A DNA stretch of 14,900 bases, taken from NCBI GenBank assembly GCA_049599895.1, contig JBMYPC010000076.1, positions 1 to 14,900 on the forward strand. Reading direction: 5' to 3'. This DNA is from Bacteriovoracaceae bacterium. Its GTDB lineage: Bacteria > Bdellovibrionota > Bacteriovoracia > Bacteriovoracales > Bacteriovoracaceae. The position numbers and the translations under genes were made by a program. The notes beneath the pieces were generated by a model that searched no databases, was not told where the DNA came from, and worked only from the letters and a program-made list of their open reading frames with translations. This document shows positions 7,249 to 14,900 of this stretch, one piece after another (the first letter of the stretch is position 1; the number at the start of each line of letters is the position of its first letter).

Positions 7249-7422
7249 TTGAAGACTTTTTTTCTGGTGTTAAACATCCTCGTTTTCTCTTCTCATTCCT
7301 ACGCCAATCTCACTGGTGTTTGGGTCGGAAAAGGTAAATATACTCTCAAAGGAAAAGAAAATTCCTGTCAATGGATAGAATTAAGGTTTCACCGTGAACA
7401 AGACCAGTTTATCTTTCTCTAA
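7249..7422 (+). pseudogene. 57-aa signal-peptide ORF, probably a truncated secreted-protein gene
   Basis: Translated by hand, as it is not in the ORF track: TTG start with AAGG at 7238-7241, MKTFFLVLNILVFSSHSYA-NLTGVWVGKGKYTLKGKENSCQWIELRFHREQDQFIFL*. It stops 14 nt inside the 3' end of the convergent hlyD-like gene. Confidence 0.55.
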
Positions 7423-8395
7423 ATGCACTTGAAGTCGAATGAATAAAAGGCTTCACCAGATATTGAAATAAGCTTTTTTGCCCTGTCTTCACTTCTCCAA
7501 TTAGAGTCATTCCAGGAATAATCGGAAGCTTCTTTTTTTCATCGAGATAGTTTCCAATAAACTGAACTGTTCCCTTGTAATAAGGACGACTTTGAATATC
7601 GAGCAAGGTTGTAGGGGATATCTCTTTAAGAGTCGCTCGTTTCCCGCCATATTGAGCAAAATCGTAGGTGTTGAATTTAAGTGTGACTTCTTGATCAACA
7701 TAGACATGGCCAATATCGTCAGGTGAGATTCTAATTTCTGCTACAAGCTCTCGTTTTTTAGGTACGATCTCCATTATGGTGTCACCTGCAGCGACGACCT
7801 CTCCTGAGTTTGAAATACTGAGGTTATGGACATGACCATCAATCTTTGAAAAAAGAGTGAGACGTCCTAATTGAGATTCATATCGCTTAATGACTTCATC
7901 ATTTTCAAGGACCTGTCCTTTGAGATCAGTGACTCTAATTTTAAGATCAAGATAGGACATTCTGGAATGAAGACCACTTTTAAAAAGCTTTTCTTTTACA
8001 TTGATTTGCTCTACAAGAGTCGAAAGTTTAAGTTTTAAGTTGTTGTTCTGAAGCTTTGTTTGTTCCAATAACGAAAGAATCTTTTGATCATCAAAGGTAA
8101 TCAAGGGGGAGCCGATTTTGACTTTGTCACCTTCTTTAACATGAATCTTTTTGATTTCTCCACCATCGATATGTTGAATTTTTGAAATTTGGTCAATGGG
8201 AATAATTGAACCTGTTGTAATAGCGACTTCTTCTATCTTTGTGATGATTGACCAGACAATAAAACCTAGGAGTATGCAGGAGCTTCCTATTATGATGGCC
8301 CTTGGAATAAGAGGACTGACTCCCTCTTTAAGAAGACTTGAGCGAGAGAGATAACGACTCTCTTTATTGAGAACAGATTTAAGGAACTTTTCCAT
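7409..8395 (-). CDS. HlyD-family type I secretion periplasmic adaptor
   Basis: Single TM, IQHIDGGEIKKIHVKEGDKVKIG lipoyl half, DDIGHV, YDFAQYG, IIPGM...EVKTGQKSLFQYLVKP. The start is placed at ATG 8395 (GGAG at 8408-8405) rather than 8443. Confidence 0.95.
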   Translation of the reverse strand: MEKFLKSVLNKESRYLSRSSLLKEGVSPLIPRAIIIGSSCILLGFIVWSIITKIEEVAITTGSIIPIDQISKIQHIDGGEIKKIHVKEGDKVKIGSPLITFDDQKILSLLEQTKLQNNNLKLKLSTLVEQINVKEKLFKSGLHSRMSYLDLKIRVTDLKGQVLENDEVIKRYESQLGRLTLFSKIDGHVHNLSISNSGEVVAAGDTIMEIVPKKRELVAEIRISPDDIGHVYVDQEVTLKFNTYDFAQYGGKRATLKEISPTTLLDIQSRPYYKGTVQFIGNYLDEKKKLPIIPGMTLIGEVKTGQKSLFQYLVKPFIHSTSSAFRER

Positions 8396-10508
8396 GAGAG
8401 ACTTCTCCAACCTTTGTTTGCATTTGTTTTGAGATATAGTCATTGGTTATTTGACGTGGCCCAAAAATCTTTGTTTTCCCTCTGTCTAGCCAAAGAATTT
8501 TGTCGGCAATCTCAAAAAAGTATTGTTCTTCTGTTGTGATAATAATGGTTTTCTTGTTTTTTTGTGTTGAAATAAGGTTCGAAACCTTTGTTCGATCCTG
8601 AATTGAAAGATCTGTTTCAAGATTATCAAAGATAAGAATTTTTGCATCTGAAATTAGAGTTTTGATAACATTAATTTTTCGTAAAAAGGAATAAGAAAAC
8701 TTTCTTTGGTCGGTTTCATCCACAACTGTGTCGAGACCATCTTCTAAATCGAGAATCTCTTGTTTAATTCCTAAAATTTCAAGGTATTTAAAAATTTCAT
8801 CTTCTGAGGCGTCAGGGCTTTCTAATTGAAAGAAGGTTCTTAAGCTTTCATTGAAGAAACTTGCGTACTGGGCACAATAAGCAATTTGATCTCTTAATTT
8901 TATAGGATTGATTTGTTTAAGATTAAGATCATCAATCATCACTCGGCCCGCTTGAGGTTGCACAAGACCCATAAGAAGTTTAAGAATTGATGTCTTCCCT
9001 GATCCTTCATGTCCATAGATTACGAGAAGGTCATTTCGCTCAATTTCAAAGTTTACACCAAGAACAGAAGGAAAAGAGCTTTGGACATAGCGAACAGAGA
9101 CTTGTTGAAATGAGATCTTTCCTTTGAGAGTGTTGTAATAAACAAAAGAGTCTTTATGTCTCTCTTCCTGAGTAAGGTTCATGAAGTTATTGATTTGCAT
9201 GATATTTGTTTTCAACTTATGAAGCTGGACACTCAGACTAAAAAGAGTTCTTAGTGGATTTAATATTTTCCATAAAATAAGAATTGAAGCAAGAAGTGCT
9301 CCTGAGCCCATTTCTCCATCAAGAACTTTTGTGACGCCAAAACCAATTGTGGAGAGGGCTGCGATAGAAATAACTGAATTTGATAATGTATTGATGTTAG
9401 AGTTGATGATGTTTGACTTTGAACTTGAACTAATATGGGCTTTTTGAAGCTCCGAGAACTTTCTTAGCCACATCTCTTGAAGTGAATAACTTTTTATTGA
9501 GTTGACCTTGGTAAAGGTTTCAAGAAGAAACTCACTTTTTTTCGTTGAGAGCTCTTGGTGAGAGTTTGAAAACTTTTTAACCACTGGTAAGTAATAGAGA
9601 CCAAGGATAATAAAGAAGATGATTGCCATGAGAGGGATGACGGCAATGCTGCCACCTATAAGATACATGACACCAAGAAAAATTAAAATAAATGGAATTT
9701 CAAATAAGGCAACAAAACCAGGTCCAGAGAAAAAATCAACGACATTATAAAAGTCTCTAAATTTTGAAAGTTGTTTTCCTACTGTTCCAGTCTCTGAGAT
9801 CTTTAGTGGCAGGTAGAGCAATCTCTTAAATATCTCCTGATTTAAAATGAAACTCAGTCGAGATGTAATGCTACTCAGAGTGTATGAGCGAATCATTCTA
9901 AAGAAGACCAATGCAAGAGTATAGATGAGAATCCCTACAGAAAGGAGCGCAAAGTTTGTCTGAACATTGGCTATGGCGATCTGTTTATAAACGAGCATTA
10001 CAAAGAGAGGGGAGATAAGATAAAGAATTGAAAGAGCAAATGATGTGAGAAAAACCACAAGGAAGGGTTTCTTAAATCTTTTTAAAAGGATTTGAAACCA
10101 ATTTCGAGATTTATCTTTAACGGTCACTTCATAATGACTTTTTTTAGAGAAGGTAATAAAGCTACCCTCAGATTCATCAAGTTTTCTTTCAAGATAAACA
10201 CCAGCTCTTGGGTCAAAATAAAGAAAGTTCTTTCCAACTTTTCTTATAATAAGAAAACATCTGTTTTCATTAAAAAAGATACATGGCAACGTTCCTACTG
10301 TTTCGTTAGTCAGATGAACATTTTGAAATTTGAGAATAAATCCTAAAGAAGAGATCGTGGAAATCAGTTCATCAATTCCAAAATCTTTGAAACTATAGGG
10401 GAGAGCACGATAGATATCTTGCTCTCGTCCTTTCCAGCCTAAGGAGTCTAGTAAAGGCCCGATGAGTTGGTAGTATTCATGTTTGTTAAGTTCTTCTCTA
10501 GAGTGCAT
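8379..10508 (-). CDS. Type I secretion ABC transporter 2 (C39-like N-domain, TMD and NBD)
   Basis: N-terminal LPC..F / FLYFDP C39-like domain, PLFVMLVYKQ TMD start, Walker A GHEGSGKT, Q-loop YCAQ, GLDTVV. Degenerate signature FSYSF and Walker B ILIFDN. Confidence 0.92.
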   Translation of the reverse strand: MHSREELNKHEYYQLIGPLLDSLGWKGREQDIYRALPYSFKDFGIDELISTISSLGFILKFQNVHLTNETVGTLPCIFFNENRCFLIIRKVGKNFLYFDPRAGVYLERKLDESEGSFITFSKKSHYEVTVKDKSRNWFQILLKRFKKPFLVVFLTSFALSILYLISPLFVMLVYKQIAIANVQTNFALLSVGILIYTLALVFFRMIRSYTLSSITSRLSFILNQEIFKRLLYLPLKISETGTVGKQLSKFRDFYNVVDFFSGPGFVALFEIPFILIFLGVMYLIGGSIAVIPLMAIIFFIILGLYYLPVVKKFSNSHQELSTKKSEFLLETFTKVNSIKSYSLQEMWLRKFSELQKAHISSSSKSNIINSNINTLSNSVISIAALSTIGFGVTKVLDGEMGSGALLASILILWKILNPLRTLFSLSVQLHKLKTNIMQINNFMNLTQEERHKDSFVYYNTLKGKISFQQVSVRYVQSSFPSVLGVNFEIERNDLLVIYGHEGSGKTSILKLLMGLVQPQAGRVMIDDLNLKQINPIKLRDQIAYCAQYASFFNESLRTFFQLESPDASEDEIFKYLEILGIKQEILDLEDGLDTVVDETDQRKFSYSFLRKINVIKTLISDAKILIFDNLETDLSIQDRTKVSNLISTQKNKKTIIITTEEQYFFEIADKILWLDRGKTKIFGPRQITNDYISKQMQTKVGEVSHGKVP

Positions 10509-11793
10509 CTGGCTTTCCTGTGCTTTGTTCTAGGATTTCTAGAGGTCGTTCCACAAGGGTCGAATAGTCATGAAAATTATTTTGTGAAATACAATGAAAA
10601 AGAATTTTATTTCTTAAGCTGATTGTGAACTCAAGACGACTCTCAAGAACATGGAGGAATACTTTGTCGAGATATTTTCGAAGTCGTTTTAGGTTTTCAG
10701 TATGATATTTTTTGATAACGATACCATTTTTTTTGGCATATTTATCTGTCGTAATGAGATGTTTATTAATAAGCATCATGACCTGACTCACGCTGTTCAT
10801 TGCCCGAGACTTATTCTTATTTTGATAAAGTTGATAAGATTCGAAACACTTTATAAGGATGTCTTCTAAAGATTGGTCTATTTCACTTATTCCAGTGTGT
10901 TTAATCAGAGGAGTCATATTTTCAAAGTCATTAACTCCTTCGAGATATTTGGGGGCCCAGCTCACAAGATCAAAGTCAGATTGAATCTCACGAGCAATAA
11001 AGACTAAAGAGCGATAAATAATCTCTCCTCGTCTTTTTGACGGGTCTTCATTTAGACTCTTTAGAAAGTATTGATCAAATAGCTTGTCTTGATACTTGTC
11101 TTCTCTTATGTCGTGAATAGAGTATTGAGTCTTTGTTTTAAGAGTGAGAGAATTAAAGTGCCTCAGTGAGTCAGAGAGCTTTTTCTTAAGTCCGTCTGTG
11201 TTTAAATTTTCATCAACGATAGAAAGGACATTGGTTAAGAAAAAAACGATTTCTTTATCAAGAGTTGGAACACCTGTGTAATTAATAAAGAGTTTTAAAT
11301 CTTCAAGCGTTTTAGCTGTTTGAAAGTGGTGTTTGAAGTTTCTTAGATGAAGGGCCTCATAATCTTGATGATTTGTATGATGAATGATCCAATCGAGAAG
11401 TTCATTCTTAAGGTCTTGAGTGAAAATGATTTTCCCTCGTTGCAGGTTGTGAACGACTCCTTTGATGTAATCAAGGGCCTGTTCATGATCAATCTCCTGA
11501 CTTTTGAGTTGTGGGAGATTATAGAGGTTCATGATTGATTCCTCTCTTTGGAAATGTTCTTCAGTATATTGAAGAAAGTGGGTTAACGTGACCCTTTCTT
11601 CTTCAAGGACTTGAACCGTGATTTCCTTCTTTTGAATCTTTTCGAGTATGAGATTTAAATCAAGAGTGTATCTCGCAAGTTGTTTATGGTCTTGGTCAAG
11701 GCTTGGTATATGAGTTCGTCTGAGAATATCCCGAATCGCATCCCATTCTCTTGAAGTGTGAAGCAACCAGCGATTGAAGGCGAGGTCATTCAT
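10498..11793 (-). CDS. Hemerythrin-domain protein with three tandem hemerythrin-like repeats (431 aa)
   Basis: GGAGG at 11803-11799 precedes ATG 11793. Repeat 1 has THIPSLDQDHKQL, HFQREESIM, QEIDH and WIIHHTNHQD. Degenerate repeats begin TGVPTLDKE and TGISEIDQS. No signal peptide or TM. Confidence 0.88.
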   Translation of the reverse strand: MNDLAFNRWLLHTSREWDAIRDILRRTHIPSLDQDHKQLARYTLDLNLILEKIQKKEITVQVLEEERVTLTHFLQYTEEHFQREESIMNLYNLPQLKSQEIDHEQALDYIKGVVHNLQRGKIIFTQDLKNELLDWIIHHTNHQDYEALHLRNFKHHFQTAKTLEDLKLFINYTGVPTLDKEIVFFLTNVLSIVDENLNTDGLKKKLSDSLRHFNSLTLKTKTQYSIHDIREDKYQDKLFDQYFLKSLNEDPSKRRGEIIYRSLVFIAREIQSDFDLVSWAPKYLEGVNDFENMTPLIKHTGISEIDQSLEDILIKCFESYQLYQNKNKSRAMNSVSQVMMLINKHLITTDKYAKKNGIVIKKYHTENLKRLRKYLDKVFLHVLESRLEFTISLRNKILFHCISQNNFHDYSTLVERPLEILEQSTGKPDAL

Positions 11794-13462
11794 TTTTACC
11801 TCCTTCAACCTCTAGTTTTTGAATAGATTTGTTTTGAATTTTGTATTTTAAATCTGCTTGAATATCTTTTGGGAGATTCTTTCCAATAAAGATGATTGTC
11901 ATCTTGCCATAGAGCTTTTGTAGTAGCCAACAAGTCATCTTTTGCGCGTCATGGTCCATGGAATGATAGCTTCTATCGAGAATCAGAATCTTTGGATGTC
12001 TGAGAAGAACTCTTGCCATAATGATTCGAAGGACAATCCCATTTGGCATAAACTGACTAGATCTAGAGTCTAAGACGGTATCATATCCTTGGGGGAGTTT
12101 TGAAATCAATTCATCAAGGCCCAACATTGAGGCGCAATCAAGAGCAATTTGGCTTCTACTGGGTTCAAACATGGTAATGTTCTCAAGAACAGTTCCATTG
12201 AAAAGCTCTGACTTTTGGGGAACATAGCCAATGAGGTTTTGAATTGAGGATTGATTAAATCCAACAGAATCATAATGATCAATAGAGATTTTTCCTGAGT
12301 GGAGTCTTCTTTGACCAAGGATCGTCCACATAAGCCGACTAATCCCAGATTTATCTTCAGATTTAATAAAGATTGTTTTTTTTGCTGGGACTTCGAAATT
12401 AAGATCTTTAAAAAGAGTTTGCTCTTCATCCATTATCGTTAACTCTTTAAGTTGAAGAGAGCCGTCAATATCTTGTGGGATGTCAGGAAGATCATTATCA
12501 CTTTGTCCTTCGATCTTTAAAACTTTTTCTAAGCACTCAAGTGCAAGTTGATAATTGGAAAGTTGGAACATAAAACCTACAAAGCTTTGAACAGGCTGAA
12601 AGAATCGGTTACCGAGAAGAACACATGCCGTAAGAACTCCAATTGTCATATCTCCGCGAACAACAAAATAAGAACCGATTCCTAAAATACCAAATAAGAC
12701 AAGTTGAGAGAAGAAGACTCCGAGTGAGTCAGGGACAATATCATAAGCCTTGAGTAATAAACTTCGATGAGTTCTTTTCTTTTCGAGAAATTCATACTTT
12801 CTGACAAGTCTTTCTTCAAAACTTGTCGATTTAACGATTGAAATTTTAGAGAGAATATCAATGAAAAAACTAGTTTTTTCTTCTTCAGTTTCTTGCTGGC
12901 CGATATTGATATGCTTAAAGCGTCTTTTGTGAAGGACGGCAATAGTAAAGTAAAGAGTAAAAATGAGAACTAAAAAGATGGCAATGGCAAGATTGAGATA
13001 GGCAATAAAGCAGAGAAAGAGAAAAACAAAGGGCAGGTCAAGTAGGCTTGAGATAATCCTGCCTGAAGTGAGATTTTTGACCGTTGAAATACTATTGAAA
13101 CTATCAATCAATGACCCTACAGAGAGTTCATTTATTGATTTGGTTTCTCCGTAAAGGATTTTATTGATAATTTGGTTTCCTTGAAAAATTTCATATTCTG
13201 TAGAGTAGTGGTTGATGAGATTTTCTTTAGCAAGTTTGATCGCTGTTTCAAGTAAGACTGCGACAAGCCCTCCAAAGATTAAAAACACATGAGATTCATA
13301 GGATGAGTTTCTGAGTGTACGATCATAGGTCTGCATGAGAACGATAGGAATCGTAAGAGAAAGGATATTGGTTACCGTTGAAGCGGTTAAAAAGAGAAAA
13401 AGCCGACTTTTACTTTCGGTCATCGAGTCCTTAATGAAAAACCAGATTGAGGTTGCTTTCAA
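11786..13462 (-). CDS. Type I secretion ABC transporter 1 (TMD and degenerate NBD)
   Basis: NILSLTIPIVLMQTYDR, LLDLPF, MTIGVLTACVLL, GYVPQKSELFNGTVLENI, LPQGYDT. The Walker A position reads SEDKSGIS. The start is uncertain: TTG 13462 overlapping the TolC TGA, or ATG 13423. Confidence 0.92.
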   Translation of the reverse strand: MKATSIWFFIKDSMTESKSRLFLFLTASTVTNILSLTIPIVLMQTYDRTLRNSSYESHVFLIFGGLVAVLLETAIKLAKENLINHYSTEYEIFQGNQIINKILYGETKSINELSVGSLIDSFNSISTVKNLTSGRIISSLLDLPFVFLFLCFIAYLNLAIAIFLVLIFTLYFTIAVLHKRRFKHINIGQQETEEEKTSFFIDILSKISIVKSTSFEERLVRKYEFLEKKRTHRSLLLKAYDIVPDSLGVFFSQLVLFGILGIGSYFVVRGDMTIGVLTACVLLGNRFFQPVQSFVGFMFQLSNYQLALECLEKVLKIEGQSDNDLPDIPQDIDGSLQLKELTIMDEEQTLFKDLNFEVPAKKTIFIKSEDKSGISRLMWTILGQRRLHSGKISIDHYDSVGFNQSSIQNLIGYVPQKSELFNGTVLENITMFEPSRSQIALDCASMLGLDELISKLPQGYDTVLDSRSSQFMPNGIVLRIIMARVLLRHPKILILDRSYHSMDHDAQKMTCWLLQKLYGKMTIIFIGKNLPKDIQADLKYKIQNKSIQKLEVEGGKNE

Positions 13463-14745
13463 ATTGAGCTCTTTTTCTTGAAATCTTCGAGTTGAAGTCT
13501 TCCTGTTCTCCAAAGCAATCTAAGCTCAAGTTTTATTTTTCGATAAAAACTCGAAAGCTTTGCTTTTTCCATATCTAAATATTCTCTTTGAGCGTCAAGA
13601 ACAATGTCCTGGTGTCCGGCTCCTTGTTGGAATTCAAAGGTGCGATCTTTAAAAACTGATTGGGCTGTATTAGAAGCTTCCTTGTATTTCCCATAGGCGT
13701 CTCTTTCGATTTGAATTTGTTCGATGAGATTAATGATTTCATTCTCAATCTGTATTTTTGCTCTTTGGTGCTCTGCTTTTGCAAGAAGAGATCTCGCTTT
13801 AGAGGCTTGAACATCATGATATTCTTTTCGACCTGTCCAAAGAGGGAAGTTAAAAGAAAGTCCAATAAGGGTGTCATAAGAGTCATCAAACTTATCTTCA
13901 ATGGCCCATTCCTGCTTGTGTTGAAAGTTAAAGCTTAAAGTGGGAAGACGAGTGGACTTAAATTGTTTTACTTCAAGTTCTGAAAGTTTTATTTGAAACT
14001 CAGATCTCTTAAGTTGATTTGAGCTAATAGAGAAGCTCTTTGCCTTATCTTTCTCTGCAATTATTGTTGAGACCTTATTTTCGAAACTTGGAAAATGAAA
14101 TTTTGTAGGAGGAGTTGTTGAAGAGATATCTTTGATTCTTGATTTGAGACTCAAAAGAGTTTGCTTAGTCGTTTCGAATTGGGCTTGGCTTAACAAGAGC
14201 CTAGAAGTGGCTCTTTTAAGTTCAACTTTTGAGAGATCGCCTGCCTGAAGTTTTTTTTCAACCATTTTTTTATTTTGAACAAGTGAGTTGGTACTCTTTC
14301 TATCAATTTGATTAAGAGAGAGGGCCAGCTTATAATCGGCTATGATACTTGTAAGCTGATACAAGAGATCATTTTTTGTAAGCTTAATTTCTTTTTCTGA
14401 GAAGCGAGCACTCAGTTCAGAGAACTCAGATCTGTATCTTCTTTCAAAGTCTAAGAGGTTGTAGTTGATATCAACTTCTGGGCCATAATAGCTGCGAAGA
14501 TCGACGCGAGGTTCTTTTTCACCTTCAAGACTAAAAGCCAAGTTGACCTGAGGGTGATACGCTGAGTTTTGGGACTTTGATACATGATAAGAACTCTTTG
14601 CTTGATGCTTTCTTATTTTAACAAGATAGGCATTCTCACTGGTCTCATTGAGGAAGCTATAGAGATCAAGATTACTTACACTTGCGTGCCCCGAATTGAT
14701 GGCGATTTTGGAAACGAGAATCAAAAAGCACAGTTTTTTCACCAC
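13459..14745 (-). CDS. TolC-family outer membrane efflux protein
   Basis: GTG start and signal peptide ending GHA-S. Two OEP repeats (AYHPQVNL...KLQAGDLSKVEL; RLPTLSF...FNFPLWTG...FQQGAGHQDIVLDAQ). First gene of the T1SS operon. Confidence 0.93.
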   Translation of the reverse strand: MVKKLCFLILVSKIAINSGHASVSNLDLYSFLNETSENAYLVKIRKHQAKSSYHVSKSQNSAYHPQVNLAFSLEGEKEPRVDLRSYYGPEVDINYNLLDFERRYRSEFSELSARFSEKEIKLTKNDLLYQLTSIIADYKLALSLNQIDRKSTNSLVQNKKMVEKKLQAGDLSKVELKRATSRLLLSQAQFETTKQTLLSLKSRIKDISSTTPPTKFHFPSFENKVSTIIAEKDKAKSFSISSNQLKRSEFQIKLSELEVKQFKSTRLPTLSFNFQHKQEWAIEDKFDDSYDTLIGLSFNFPLWTGRKEYHDVQASKARSLLAKAEHQRAKIQIENEIINLIEQIQIERDAYGKYKEASNTAQSVFKDRTFEFQQGAGHQDIVLDAQREYLDMEKAKLSSFYRKIKLELRLLWRTGRLQLEDFKKKSSI

Positions 14746-14767
14746 TAAAAGCCTAAGATAGAATGGG

Positions 14768-14795
14768 TTTATTTATGCATCGGCCCATAAATAAA
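14768..14795. repeat. 10-bp inverted repeat enclosing the sigma28 -10 element
   Basis: TTTATTTATG-CATCGGCC-CATAAATAAA. Confidence 0.6.
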
Positions 14796-14803
14796 TCTTT
14801 TTA
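14777..14803 (-). promoter_or_regulatory. Putative sigma28 (FliA)-type promoter of the T1SS operon
   Basis: Minus strand TAAA (14803-14800)-N15-GCCGATGC (14784-14777), about 30 nt upstream of the tolC-like start. Confidence 0.65.
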
Positions 14804-14900
14804 ATTTCATTTATTTATTTAATTTTAGACTAAGGTTTTGAAATTATTTTCGCTAGGCAATATTTCTCCGGTGATTTTTATACCCTAGAGAACGACTCGA

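Noticed and set aside
7507..13938. Short ORFs nested in the T1SS operon (7507, 10092, 11347, 12106, 12682, 13575, 13660)
   Set aside because: Fully contained in well-supported genes, and lacking recognisable features.
1..14900. CRISPR array, transposase, integrase or rRNA
   Set aside because: No regularly spaced repeats and no recognisable recombinase, transposase or rRNA sequence seen by eye.

Overview
AT-rich bacterial window. The gene families and sigma28-type promoters suggest a Bdellovibrionota-like predator, which is an inference. From left to right: a polytopic membrane protein; a minus-strand response regulator plus sensor histidine kinase, both with non-canonical motifs; a divergent surface lipoprotein; and a decayed tRNA-Ala(GGC) remnant followed by a perfect hairpin. 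Next come a small secreted protein divergent from an HTH regulator, and a toxin-first higBA-like operon with a perfect operator, a probably leaderless promoter and a tightly linked third gene for a 52-aa basic peptide. After an att-like/truncated-gene junction lies a five-gene type I secretion operon: TolC, ABC-1, a triple-hemerythrin protein, ABC-2 and HlyD. The most unusual element is this operon. A hemerythrin-repeat gene is wedged between and overlaps two ABC genes whose ATPase motifs are both degenerate, the operon has a sigma28-like promoter inside a palindrome, and no substrate gene is visible in the window.
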